Shown here: in pieces, positions 13,919 through 24,814 of the stretch | Layout of the letters: each line of letters starts with the position of its first letter | Numbering within the stretch: position 1 is the stretch's first letter | NCBI RefSeq assembly: GCF_003334255.1 | Contig: NZ_QOWU01000014.1 | Reading direction: 5' to 3' (one strand) | Source of the DNA: Escherichia coli | GTDB lineage: Bacteria > Pseudomonadota > Gammaproteobacteria > Enterobacterales > Enterobacteriaceae | DNA length: 64,000 nucleotides | The notes under the pieces: model-generated | Database searches by the model: none | What the model was told of the DNA's origin: nothing | Seen by the model: the letters and a program-made list of their open reading frames with translations, nothing else | Made by a program: the position numbers and the translations under genes

Positions 13919-14026
13919 ATATTTGGACAAAACGCAAACTGTGATCGATACTCAACTATGCACTAAATACGTCAAAATTCGTGCCGAAATTGCGCGTTCT
14001 GCGCGGAACACGTATACTTTCAGTGT

Positions 14027-14101
14027 TGACATAATACAGTGTGCTTTGCGGTTACCAGCCGCAGGCGACTGACGAAACCTCGCTCCGGCGGGGTTTTTTG
14101 T
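14027..14101 (+). ncRNA. istR: IstR-1 antitoxin sRNA (the longer IstR-2 would start ~65 nt upstream)
   Basis: …gttgacataatacagtgtgctttgcggttaccagccgcaggcgactgacgaaacctcgctccggcggggtttttt matches my recollection of IstR ending in its intrinsic terminator. 5' end is approximate. Confidence 0.65.
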
Positions 14102-14228
14102 TATCTGCAATTCAGTACAAAACGTGATCAACCCCTCAATTTTCCCTTGCTGAAAAATTTTCCATTGTCTCCCCTGTAAAGCTGTGCTTGTATAAATATT
14201 GTTAAACACAAAACCAACAAGGTCCCCA

Positions 14229-14327
14229 ATGACTACTTCCATGCTCAACGCAAAACTACTACCAACTGCGCCATCCGCCGCAGTGGTCGTCGTGCGTGTG
14301 GTGGTGGTCGTCGGCAATGCGCCGTAG
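14229..14327 (+). CDS. ivbL: ilvB operon leader peptide
   Basis: ATG…TAG encodes MTTSMLNAKLLPTAPSAAVVVVRVVVVVGNAP (Val/Leu-rich), directly upstream of an attenuator hairpin. Confidence 0.85.
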   Translation: MTTSMLNAKLLPTAPSAAVVVVRVVVVVGNAP

Positions 14328-14351
14328 GGACTGGAACAACACACGATTCCA

Positions 14352-14388
14352 AAACCCCGCCGGCGCAAACCGGGCGGGGTTTTTCGTT
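14352..14388 (+). terminator. ilvB attenuator terminator
   Basis: aaaccccgccggcgcaaaccgggcggggtttttcgttt: GC hairpin plus U-run between leader and ilvB. Confidence 0.7.
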
Positions 14389-14432
14389 TAAGCACCTCCC
14401 GGAAAGTCGGCCCAGAAGAAAAGGACTGGAGC

Positions 14433-16121
14433 ATGGCAAGTTCGGGCACAACATCGACGCGTAAGCGCTTTACCGGCGCAGAATTTATCGTTCATTTCCT
14501 GGAACAGCAGGGCATTAAGATTGTGACAGGCATTCCGGGCGGTTCTATCCTGCCTGTTTACGATGCCTTAAGCCAAAGCACGCAAATCCGCCATATTCTG
14601 GCCCGTCATGAACAGGGCGCGGGCTTTATCGCTCAGGGAATGGCGCGCACCGACGGTAAACCGGCGGTCTGTATGGCCTGTAGCGGACCGGGTGCGACTA
14701 ACCTGGTGACCGCCATTGCCGATGCGCGGCTGGACTCCATCCCGCTGATTTGCATCACTGGTCAGGTTCCCGCCTCGATGATCGGCACCGACGCCTTCCA
14801 GGAAGTGGACACCTACGGCATCTCTATCCCCATCACCAAACACAACTATCTGGTCAGACATATCGAAGAACTCCCGCAGGTCATGAGCGATGCCTTCCGC
14901 ATTGCGCAATCAGGCCGCCCAGGCCCGGTGTGGATAGACATTCCTAAGGATGTGCAAACGGCAGTTTTTGAGATTGAAACACAGCCCGCTATGGCAGAAA
15001 AAGCCGCCGCCCCCGCCTTTAGCGAAGAAAGCATTCGTGACGCAGCGGCGATGATTAACGCTGCCAAACGCCCGGTGCTTTATCTGGGCGGCGGTGTGAT
15101 CAATGCGCCCGCACGGGTGCGTGAACTGGCGGAGAAAGCGCAACTGCCTACCACCATGACTTTAATGGCGCTGGGCATGTTGCCAAAAGCGCATCCGTTG
15201 TCGCTGGGTATGCTGGGGATGCACGGCGTGCGCAGCACCAACTATATTTTGCAGGAGGCGGATTTGTTGATAGTGCTCGGTGCGCGTTTTGATGACCGGG
15301 CGATTGGCAAAACCGAGCAGTTCTGTCCGAATGCCAAAATCATTCATGTCGATATCGACCGTGCAGAGCTGGGTAAAATCAAGCAGCCGCACGTGGCGAT
15401 TCAGGCGGATGTTGATGACGTGCTGGCGCAGTTGATCCCGCTGGTGGAAGCGCAACCGCGTGCAGAGTGGCACCAGTTGGTAGCGGATTTGCAGCGTGAG
15501 TTTCCGTGTCCAATCCCGAAAGCGTGCGATCCGTTAAGCCATTACGGCCTGATCAACGCCGTTGCCGCCTGTGTCGATGACAATGCAATTATCACCACCG
15601 ACGTTGGTCAGCATCAGATGTGGACCGCGCAAGCTTATCCGCTCAATCGCCCACGCCAGTGGCTGACCTCCGGTGGGCTGGGCACGATGGGTTTTGGCCT
15701 GCCTGCGGCGATTGGCGCTGCGCTGGCGAACCCGGATCGCAAAGTGTTGTGTTTCTCCGGCGACGGCAGCCTGATGATGAATATTCAGGAGATGGCGACC
15801 GCCAGTGAAAATCAGCTGGATGTCAAAATCATTCTGATGAACAACGAAGCGCTGGGGCTGGTGCATCAGCAACAGAGTCTGTTCTACGAGCAAGGCGTTT
15901 TTGCCGCCACCTATCCGGGCAAAATCAACTTTATGCAGATTGCCGCCGGATTCGGCCTCGAAACCTGTGATTTGAATAACGAAGCCGATCCGCAGGCTTC
16001 ATTGCAGGAAATCATCAATCGCCCTGGCCCGGCGCTGATCCATGTGCGCATTGATGCCGAAGAAAAAGTTTACCCGATGGTGCCGCCAGGTGCGGCGAAT
16101 ACTGAAATGGTGGGGGAATAA
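14433..16121 (+). CDS. ilvB: Acetolactate synthase I, large subunit
   Basis: 562-aa ORF with thiamine-pyrophosphate enzyme motifs; starts MASSGTTSTRKRFTGAEFIVHFLEQQGIK. Confidence 0.95.
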   Translation: MASSGTTSTRKRFTGAEFIVHFLEQQGIKIVTGIPGGSILPVYDALSQSTQIRHILARHEQGAGFIAQGMARTDGKPAVCMACSGPGATNLVTAIADARLDSIPLICITGQVPASMIGTDAFQEVDTYGISIPITKHNYLVRHIEELPQVMSDAFRIAQSGRPGPVWIDIPKDVQTAVFEIETQPAMAEKAAAPAFSEESIRDAAAMINAAKRPVLYLGGGVINAPARVRELAEKAQLPTTMTLMALGMLPKAHPLSLGMLGMHGVRSTNYILQEADLLIVLGARFDDRAIGKTEQFCPNAKIIHVDIDRAELGKIKQPHVAIQADVDDVLAQLIPLVEAQPRAEWHQLVADLQREFPCPIPKACDPLSHYGLINAVAACVDDNAIITTDVGQHQMWTAQAYPLNRPRQWLTSGGLGTMGFGLPAAIGAALANPDRKVLCFSGDGSLMMNIQEMATASENQLDVKIILMNNEALGLVHQQQSLFYEQGVFAATYPGKINFMQIAAGFGLETCDLNNEADPQASLQEIINRPGPALIHVRIDAEEKVYPMVPPGAANTEMVGE

Positions 16122-16124
16122 GCC

Positions 16125-16415
16125 ATGCAAAACACAACTCATGACAACGTAATTCTGGAGCTCACCGTTCGCAACCATCCGGGCGTAATGACCCACGTTT
16201 GTGGCCTTTTTGCCCGCCGCGCTTTTAACGTTGAAGGCATTCTTTGTCTGCCGATTCAGGACAGCGACAAAAGCCATATCTGGCTACTGGTCAATGACGA
16301 CCAGCGTCTGGAGCAGATGATAAGCCAAATCGATAAGCTGGAAGATGTCGTGAAAGTGCAGCGTAATCAGTCCGATCCGACGATGTTTAACAAGATCGCG
16401 GTGTTTTTTCAGTAA
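16125..16415 (+). CDS. ilvN: Acetolactate synthase I, small regulatory subunit
   Basis: 96-aa ORF immediately after ilvB. Confidence 0.9.
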
Positions 16416-16438
16416 CCGCTCAAGGCTTGAACAACATC

Positions 16439-16471
16439 GCGCTTATCGTTAAGGTAAGCGCGTATTTTTTT
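16439..16471 (+). terminator. Intrinsic terminator after ilvN
   Basis: gcgcttatcgttaaggtaagcgcg hairpin followed by a T run. Confidence 0.6.
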
Positions 16472-16490
16472 TACCCGCCAGGACAAGACC

Positions 16491-17081
16491 ATGATCACCG
16501 TTGCCCTTATAGACGATCACCTCATCGTCCGCTCCGGCTTTGCGCAGCTGCTGGGGCTGGAACCTGATTTGCAGGTAGTTGCCGAGTTTGGTTCGGGGCG
16601 CGAGGCGCTGGCGGGGCTGCCGGGGCGCGGTGTGCAGGTGTGTATTTGCGATATCTCCATGCCCGATATCTCCGGTCTGGAGCTGCTAAGCCAGCTGCCG
16701 AAAGGTATGGCGACGATTATGCTCTCCGTTCACGACAGTCCTGCGCTGGTTGAGCAGGCGCTTAACGCGGGGGCACGCGGCTTTCTTTCCAAACGCTGTA
16801 GCCCGGATGAACTCATTGCTGCGGTGCATACGGTTGCCACGGGCGGCTGTTATCTGACGCCGGATATTGCCATTAAACTGGCATCCGGTCGTCAGGACCC
16901 GCTAACCAAACGTGAACGCCAGGTGGCGGAAAAACTGGCGCAAGGAATGGCGGTGAAAGAGATTGCCGCCGAACTGGGCTTGTCACCGAAAACGGTACAC
17001 GTCCATCGCGCCAATCTGATGGAAAAACTGGGCGTCAGTAACGACGTAGAGCTGGCGCGCCGCATGTTTGATGGCTGGTGA
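16491..17081 (+). CDS. uhpA: Response regulator UhpA (NarL/FixJ family)
   Basis: 196-aa ORF with receiver domain and C-terminal LuxR-type HTH. Confidence 0.9.
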
Positions 17082-18583
17082 TGAAGACGTTGTTCTCCCG
17101 CTTAATTACCGTTATTGCCTGCTTTTTTATCTTCTCTGCCGCATGGTTTTGCCTGTGGAGTATCAGCCTGCATCTGGTTGAGCGCCCTGATATGGCGGTG
17201 CTGTTATTTCCGTTTGGTCTGCGTCTGGGGCTAATGCTGCAATGCCCGCGCGGATACTGGCCCGTATTGCTGGGCGCGGAGTGGCTGCTGATTTACTGGC
17301 TAACGCAGGCGGTCGGTTTAACCCATTTTCCGTTATTGATGATCGGTAGTTTACTGACGTTACTGCCCGTAGCGCTGATCTCGCGCTATCGCCATCAGCG
17401 TGACTGGCGCACCTTGCTGTTACAGGGGGCGGCGTTAACGGCGGCGGCGTTGTTGCAGTCGCTGCCCTGGCTTTGGCACGGCAAAGAGTCGTGGAATGCG
17501 CTGTTGCTGACTTTAACTGGCGGCCTGACGCTGGCCCCGATATGTCTGGTGTTCTGGCACTATCTCGCCAATAACACCTGGCTGCCGCTCGGTCCGTCAC
17601 TGGTTTCTCAGCCAATCAACTGGCGCGGGCGACATCTGGTCTGGTACTTGCTGCTGTTTGTTATCAGTCTCTGGCTCCAGTTGGGATTGCCGGACGAACT
17701 GTCGCGCTTTACGCCATTCTGTCTGGCGCTGCCGATTATCGCGCTGGCCTGGCACTATGGTTGGCAAGGGGCGCTGATTGCGACGTTGATGAACGCCATC
17801 GCGCTGATCGCCAGTCAAACCTGGCGCGATCATCCGGTGGATTTATTGCTCTCGCTGCTGGTGCAAAGTCTGACAGGGTTGTTGCTTGGCGCTGGCATCC
17901 AGCGGTTGCGTGAACTTAACCAGTCGCTGCAAAAGGAACTGGCGCGCAATCAGCATCTGGCTGAACGGTTGCTGGAAACCGAAGAGAGCGTGCGCCGTGA
18001 TGTGGCGCGTGAGCTGCATGATGATATCGGTCAGACCATCACTGCTATTCGTACTCAGGCGGGCATTGTTCAGCGGCTGGCGGCAGATAACGCCAGCGTG
18101 AAGCAGAGCGGGCAGCTCATCGAACAACTATCGCTGGGCGTTTACGACGCGGTGCGCCGTTTGTTGGGTCGGTTACGTCCGCGCCAGTTGGATGATCTCA
18201 CCCTGGAGCAGGCCATCCGCTCACTGATGCGGGAAATGGAGCTGGAAGGGCGCGGTATTGTCAGCCATCTCGAATGGCGAATCGATGAATCAGCGTTAAG
18301 CGAAAACCAGCGCGTGACGCTGTTTCGTGTCTGCCAGGAAGGGCTGAACAACATTGTGAAACATGCTGATGCCAGCGCGGTCACCCTGCAAGGCTGGCAG
18401 CAGGATGAACGGTTGATGCTGGTTATTGAAGACGATGGCAGCGGTTTGCCGCCGGGTTCCGGGCAACAAGGTTTTGGCCTCACCGGAATGCGCGAGCGCG
18501 TAACGGCGCTGGGTGGCACATTACACATTTCCTGTCTGCACGGCACGCGTGTCAGCGTTTCTCTACCTCAACGCTATGTCTAA
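17081..18583 (+). CDS. uhpB: Sensor histidine kinase UhpB
   Basis: Membrane N-terminus, H-box HDDIGQ, C-terminal ATPase. Overlaps the uhpA stop. Confidence 0.9.
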
Positions 18584-18592
18584 GGTTTGATG

Positions 18593-19912
18593 ATGTTGCC
18601 GTTTCTGAAAGCGCCTGCCGATGCGCCATTAATGACTGATAAATATGAAATTGATGCCCGCTATCGCTACTGGCGTCGGCATATTCTGCTGACCATCTGG
18701 CTGGGTTACGCGCTGTTTTACTTCACGCGGAAAAGTTTTAACGCCGCCGTACCAGAAATCCTTGCTAACGGCGTGCTCAGCCGTAGCGATATCGGCCTGT
18801 TAGCGACCCTGTTTTACATTACCTATGGCGTGTCGAAGTTTGTCTCCGGCATTGTCAGCGATCGCTCAAATGCCCGTTATTTTATGGGGATAGGGCTTAT
18901 CGCCACGGGCATTATCAACATTCTGTTTGGCTTCTCGACGTCGCTATGGGCGTTTGCCGTGCTCTGGGTGCTGAACGCCTTTTTCCAGGGCTGGGGTTCA
19001 CCGGTGTGTGCGCGTCTGTTAACGGCCTGGTATTCACGTACCGAGCGCGGCGGTTGGTGGGCATTATGGAACACGGCGCATAACGTCGGCGGCGCACTCA
19101 TTCCCATTGTGATGGCAGCGGCTGCGCTGCATTACGGCTGGCGTGCCGGGATGATGATTGCTGGTTGTATGGCGATAGTCGTGGGGATTTTTCTCTGCTG
19201 GCGGCTACGCGATCGCCCGCAGGCGTTAGGTTTACCGGCGGTCGGTGAATGGCGACACGACGCGCTGGAAATTGCTCAACAACAAGAAGGGGCAGGGTTG
19301 ACGCGTAAAGAGATCCTCACCAAATATGTGTTGCTGAATCCGTATATCTGGCTGCTTTCGTTTTGCTATGTGCTGGTCTATGTGGTCCGGGCGGCGATCA
19401 ACGACTGGGGCAATTTGTATATGTCCGAGACACTGGGCGTCGATCTGGTCACGGCGAATACGGCAGTGACGATGTTTGAACTGGGCGGATTTATCGGTGC
19501 GCTGGTAGCCGGTTGGGGCTCGGACAAATTGTTTAACGGCAACCGAGGGCCGATGAATTTGATTTTCGCCGCCGGAATTTTGCTTTCAGTCGGCTCCCTG
19601 TGGCTGATGCCATTTGCCAGCTACGTGATGCAGGCAACCTGCTTCTTCACCATTGGTTTTTTTGTCTTTGGCCCACAGATGTTAATCGGTATGGCGGCGG
19701 CAGAGTGTTCCCACAAAGAGGCGGCAGGGGCGGCGACGGGGTTTGTCGGCTTGTTTGCTTATCTGGGGGCGTCGCTTGCTGGTTGGCCGCTGGCGAAAGT
19801 ACTCGATACCTGGCACTGGAGCGGATTTTTTGTGGTTATCTCTATCGCCGCCGGGATTTCCGCACTGCTGTTACTGCCCTTTTTGAACGCCCAGACACCG
19901 CGCGAAGCGTGA
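18593..19912 (+). CDS. uhpC: Glucose-6-phosphate sensor/transporter UhpC (MFS)
   Basis: ORF 18587..19912; MFS protein paralogous to UhpT. Start ambiguous among three consecutive Met codons. Confidence 0.85.
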   Translation: MLPFLKAPADAPLMTDKYEIDARYRYWRRHILLTIWLGYALFYFTRKSFNAAVPEILANGVLSRSDIGLLATLFYITYGVSKFVSGIVSDRSNARYFMGIGLIATGIINILFGFSTSLWAFAVLWVLNAFFQGWGSPVCARLLTAWYSRTERGGWWALWNTAHNVGGALIPIVMAAAALHYGWRAGMMIAGCMAIVVGIFLCWRLRDRPQALGLPAVGEWRHDALEIAQQQEGAGLTRKEILTKYVLLNPYIWLLSFCYVLVYVVRAAINDWGNLYMSETLGVDLVTANTAVTMFELGGFIGALVAGWGSDKLFNGNRGPMNLIFAAGILLSVGSLWLMPFASYVMQATCFFTIGFFVFGPQMLIGMAAAECSHKEAAGAATGFVGLFAYLGASLAGWPLAKVLDTWHWSGFFVVISIAAGISALLLLPFLNAQTPREA

Positions 19913-19956
19913 TGCATCTCACCTTTTCACTTCATATCCGGCAAAACTAAGAAATT

Positions 19957-19975
19957 TTCCAGGTTTTGCCTGGAC
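19957..19975. promoter_or_regulatory. Inverted repeat in the uhpT promoter region, candidate UhpA site
   Basis: ttCCAGGttttgCCTGGa palindrome about 80 bp upstream of the uhpT ATG. Confidence 0.3.
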
Positions 19976-20049
19976 GCTATCTCAGGCCTGATTTGCTGCT
20001 GATTTTTACAATGCATGCCTCACGCAGGTATTCATTTCAGGAGTAACCC

Positions 20050-21441
20050 ATGCTGGCTTTCTTAAACCAGGTTCGCAAGCCGACCCTGGACCTTCCGCTC
20101 GAAGTGCGGCGCAAAATGTGGTTCAAACCGTTCATGCAATCCTACCTGGTGGTCTTTATCGGCTACCTGACGATGTACCTGATTCGCAAGAACTTTAACA
20201 TCGCGCAGAACGATATGATTTCGACCTACGGGTTGAGCATGACGCAGCTGGGGATGATCGGCCTGGGTTTCTCCATCACTTATGGCGTGGGTAAAACGCT
20301 GGTTTCCTACTACGCCGACGGCAAAAACACCAAACAATTCCTGCCGTTCATGCTGATCCTCTCTGCTATTTGTATGCTGGGCTTCAGTGCCAGTATGGGC
20401 AGCGGCTCGGTTAGCCTGTTCCTGATGATTGCCTTCTACGCCTTAAGCGGCTTTTTCCAGAGTACCGGCGGTTCGTGCAGTTACTCCACCATCACCAAAT
20501 GGACGCCGCGTCGTAAACGCGGGACATTCCTCGGTTTCTGGAATATTTCTCACAACCTTGGCGGTGCAGGCGCAGCAGGTGTGGCGCTGTTCGGGGCAAA
20601 TTACCTGTTCGATGGCCATGTCATCGGCATGTTTATCTTCCCGTCGATTATCGCGCTGATTGTCGGTTTTATCGGCCTGCGTTACGGCAGCGACTCCCCG
20701 GAATCTTATGGCCTCGGCAAAGCTGAAGAACTGTTCGGCGAGGAGATCAGCGAAGAGGACAAAGAGACAGAATCTACCGATATGACCAAGTGGCAGATCT
20801 TTGTTGAGTATGTGCTGAAAAACAAAGTGATCTGGCTGCTGTGCTTCGCCAACATTTTCCTCTATGTGGTACGTATTGGTATCGACCAGTGGTCAACCGT
20901 ATACGCGTTCCAGGAACTGAAACTCTCTAAAGCGGTGGCGATTCAGGGCTTTACGCTGTTTGAAGCTGGTGCGCTGGTCGGTACGCTGCTGTGGGGCTGG
21001 CTCTCTGACCTGGCGAACGGTCGCCGTGGCCTGGTGGCCTGCATCGCGCTGGCGCTGATTATCGCCACGCTCGGTGTGTATCAACATGCCAGTAACGAAT
21101 ATATCTATCTGGCTTCTCTCTTTGCGTTGGGTTTCCTGGTCTTTGGCCCGCAATTGTTGATTGGTGTGGCTGCTGTTGGCTTTGTACCTAAAAAAGCGAT
21201 TGGCGCTGCCGATGGTATTAAAGGCACCTTTGCTTACCTGATTGGTGACAGCTTTGCCAAGTTAGGTCTGGGAATGATTGCCGATGGGACGCCGGTATTC
21301 GGCCTTACCGGCTGGGCAGGCACCTTCGCCGCGCTGGATATCGCCGCGATTGGTTGTATCTGCCTGATGGCGATAGTGGCGGTAATGGAAGAACGCAAAA
21401 TCCGCCGCGAGAAAAAAATTCAGCAGTTGACAGTGGCATAA
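20050..21441 (+). CDS. uhpT: Hexose-6-phosphate:phosphate antiporter UhpT
   Basis: 463-aa MFS ORF; starts [33 protein letters not shown]. Confidence 0.9.
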
Positions 21442-21459
21442 ACGTAACTGGTGACTTTT

Positions 21460-21486
21460 GCCCGGCATGACGCCGGGCTTTTTTTA
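21460..21486. terminator. Hairpin terminator between convergent uhpT and ade
   Basis: gcccggcatgacgccgggc followed by a T run. Confidence 0.6.
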
Positions 21487-23253
21487 TTATTCCGTGACTT
21501 CCAGCGTAGTGAAGGCAAACTTCTCGCCATCAAATAGCCCCTGACTGGTTAGTTTTAGCGCGGGGATCACTGGCAGAGAAAGAAACGCCATCTGAATAAA
21601 CGGCTCATCGGGTAACGGACCGCATTCACGGGCGGCGGCTTTCAAGGCGTCAATTTGTTCCGCCAGCGACTGCGCCGTGTCGGTGCTCATCAGCCCGGCA
21701 ATGGGTAACGGCAGATGACTTTGTACCTGGCCGTTACGTACCACGCACAGCCCGCCGCCATCCTGAATCACCTGATTGACCGCCAGCGCCATCTCTTCGG
21801 CACTGCGACCGATCACCACAATATTATGGCTGTCATGGCTGACCGTCGCAGCCAGCGCACCTTCATTCAGTCCAAAGCCGCCAAGCAAACCACAAGCCGG
21901 AGCCAGCCGTTGCCCGTAACGCTCAAGTACGGCAATAAAGCTCACATCATCGCGATCAAAACCATTTTCGCTGTAGACGCTGGAGTGGGAGTGCGTAATC
22001 AATTCGTTATGGATGACGTCAATGACCCGATAGCGTTTTCCGGGCGTAAATTGCAGGGCAAAGTCGCTGGCGGAAACTGGCTGGCGGGCAATGGTGTTGC
22101 CATATGGCGGAGCGGATTGTGCCAGTCTCGCCGACTCTTCCGCCTGTAAGGTTTGCGCATCAATCGGCTCGCCTTTCACCAGTACCTGCTGCACCGTGAC
22201 CTTACGCGCATCGCTCAACAGGACGATATCGGCCTGCTTGCCGGGTGCCAGTAAGCCGAGGTGATTCAGACCAAAGTGGCGCGCCGTCGACCAGCTGGCG
22301 ACGCGATATGCCACATGCAGCGGCACATTGTGTTGTTCGATCAGGCGGCGAATTAAGGCATCGATGTGTCCTTCATGGGCGATCTCCCACGGGTTACGGT
22401 CATCGGTACAGAGCATGCATTGCGGGCTGTTAAATTCGTTGATCAACGGTGCCAGCGCGTTGAGATTGCGGGCAGCGGACCCTTCGCGGATCATCAACGA
22501 CATGCCGAGTTGTAATTTCCGGCGTCCTTCTTCCAGCTGATAACTTTCGTGGCAGTTTTCAATACCCGCAGTAATATAGGCGTTAAGTTCTTTACCACCC
22601 AAACCCGGGCAGTGACCGTCCAGCGTCAGGTGGCGAAATGCATCCAGTTTATCGAGCAGCGCATTCTGCCCGCTAATTACGCCAGGGTAGTCCATCATTT
22701 CTGCAAGGCCGGTAACCTGCGGATGGTCCCGCCAGGCGAGCATCTGTTCAAGGGTAAAACTGGCACCGTTAACATCGCAGCCTTCCAGGGCGGGTACGCA
22801 AGAGCTGACCTGTAAGTACTGGTTTTGCCTTGCCTGTTCGGCACAGCGGGCAAACCAGGCGAATCCGGCTTCGCCCATCACGTTGACGATTTCATGAGGG
22901 TCGCAAATAACGGTCGTCAGGCCGCGCGGCAGGGTAGCGGTTTCAAAAGTGACCGGCGTCATCATGCTGGATTCAATATGCAGGTGAGCATCAATAAACC
23001 CTGGCACCGCCGTTGCGCCGCGAGCATCAATCCGCTGCAAAGCCGGAGCATCAGTGTATTCTGCGCCAACACCGGCAATGTAACGTCCTTTAATCACAAT
23101 TGGGCCGGAAATTTCTCCGCCATTGATCAGGTCGAGAATAGAGACATTATCAATAATATAATCGGCAACAGCGTCGCCACGGGAAACGGCTAACAATTCC
23201 TGGTATTCAGCCCGGCTAATGTGATGAAATTTATGGTTAATAGAATTATTCAT
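21487..23253 (-). CDS. ade: Adenine deaminase
   Basis: 588-aa amidohydrolase-fold ORF (…[14 protein letters not shown]…). Confidence 0.9.
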
Positions 23254-23348
23254 ATTTTTCTCATTTTGATTTTATCAATTTGATTATTATTTATCATAAA
23301 GAAACGTCGCGAGATTATTAAAGAATATCCATTAATGTGCAATTGAAA

Positions 23349-23364
23349 TGTGATAATTATCACT
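23349..23364. promoter_or_regulatory. CRP-like site in the ade/adeQ divergent region
   Basis: TGTGAtaattaTCACt, 9/10 match to TGTGA-N6-TCACA. Confidence 0.35.
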
Positions 23365-23427
23365 GAACCGTTGTTGTCATTTGTTTTACAAAAGCAAGGG
23401 ATTAAATCTCCTCCAATGGACAAAAAA

Positions 23428-24762
23428 ATGAATAATGACAATACCGATTACGTGAGTAATGAATCAGGGACGCTTTCGCGATTATTTAAACTACCTCAGC
23501 ATGGGACCACCGTCCGCACAGAATTGATTGCGGGGATGACCACTTTTTTAACCATGGTGTACATCGTTTTTGTGAACCCGCAAATCCTCGGCGCGGCACA
23601 AATGGACCCGAAAGTGGTGTTTGTTACCACCTGTTTGATTGCCGGTATCGGCAGTATTGCGATGGGGATATTTGCTAACTTACCCGTGGCGCTGGCTCCG
23701 GCAATGGGGCTGAACGCCTTCTTTGCCTTCGTGGTCGTGGGGGCGATGGGCATCTCCTGGCAGACCGGGATGGGCGCAATATTCTGGGGCGCAGTTGGAC
23801 TATTTTTGCTCACGCTGTTTCGTATCCGGTACTGGATGATCTCCAACATTCCCTTAAGTTTACGTATTGGTATCACCAGCGGAATTGGATTATTTATCGC
23901 CTTAATGGGATTAAAAAATACTGGCGTTATTGTCGCCAATAAAGACACGCTGGTGATGATTGGCGATTTAAGTTCTCACGGCGTGTTGTTAGGTATTTTA
24001 GGGTTTTTTATTATAACCGTGTTGTCATCACGTCATTTTCATGCCGCGGTGCTGGTTTCTATTGTGGTGACGTCTTGCTGTGGATTATTTTTCGGTGATG
24101 TTCATTTTAGCGGCGTCTATTCCATTCCGCCTGATATTAGCGGCGTCATTGGTGAAGTAGATTTGAGCGGCGCGTTAACACTTGAACTCGCCGGTATCAT
24201 TTTCTCCTTTATGCTGATCAACCTATTTGATTCATCAGGAACATTAATTGGTGTAACTGATAAAGCGGGCTTAATAGATGGTAACGGTAAATTCCCCAAT
24301 ATGAATAAGGCGCTGTATGTTGATAGCGTCAGTTCGGTGGCGGGTGCGTTTATCGGCACCTCGTCTGTTACTGCCTATATTGAAAGTACTTCTGGTGTGG
24401 CAGTCGGTGGCCGCACGGGGCTGACTGCGGTTGTGGTTGGCGTTATGTTCCTGTTGGTTATGTTCTTCTCACCGCTGGTGGCGATAGTTCCTCCTTACGC
24501 AACCGCCGGAGCGTTAATCTTTGTTGGCGTGCTGATGACTTCGAGCCTGGCGCGCGTTAACTGGGATGATTTTACCGAATCGGTGCCTGCGTTTATTACC
24601 ACGGTGATGATGCCCTTTACTTTCTCGATCACCGAAGGGATTGCACTCGGCTTTATGTCGTACTGCATCATGAAAGTATGCACCGGGCGCTGGCGCGATC
24701 TGAACCTGTGTGTGGTGGTGGTCGCAGCTCTGTTTGCACTGAAGATTATTCTGGTGGATTAG
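23428..24762 (+). CDS. adeQ: Adenine permease (NCS2/AzgA-like)
   Basis: ORF 23350..24762; start at MNNDNTDYVSNESGTLSRLF (444 aa). Confidence 0.85.
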   Translation: MNNDNTDYVSNESGTLSRLFKLPQHGTTVRTELIAGMTTFLTMVYIVFVNPQILGAAQMDPKVVFVTTCLIAGIGSIAMGIFANLPVALAPAMGLNAFFAFVVVGAMGISWQTGMGAIFWGAVGLFLLTLFRIRYWMISNIPLSLRIGITSGIGLFIALMGLKNTGVIVANKDTLVMIGDLSSHGVLLGILGFFIITVLSSRHFHAAVLVSIVVTSCCGLFFGDVHFSGVYSIPPDISGVIGEVDLSGALTLELAGIIFSFMLINLFDSSGTLIGVTDKAGLIDGNGKFPNMNKALYVDSVSSVAGAFIGTSSVTAYIESTSGVAVGGRTGLTAVVVGVMFLLVMFFSPLVAIVPPYATAGALIFVGVLMTSSLARVNWDDFTESVPAFITTVMMPFTFSITEGIALGFMSYCIMKVCTGRWRDLNLCVVVVAALFALKIILVD

Positions 24763-24814
24763 TAACTGGCGAGGGTTTCCAGATATCATGAGTTCTGATT
24801 ACGCAGGAGAACTC

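Noticed and set aside
13952-14449. 165-codon minus-strand ORF spanning the istR/ivbL/ilvB-start region
   Set aside because: It overlaps the IstR sRNA, the ivbL leader and its attenuator. Its Thr-rich run is simply the antisense of the Val codons in ivbL.
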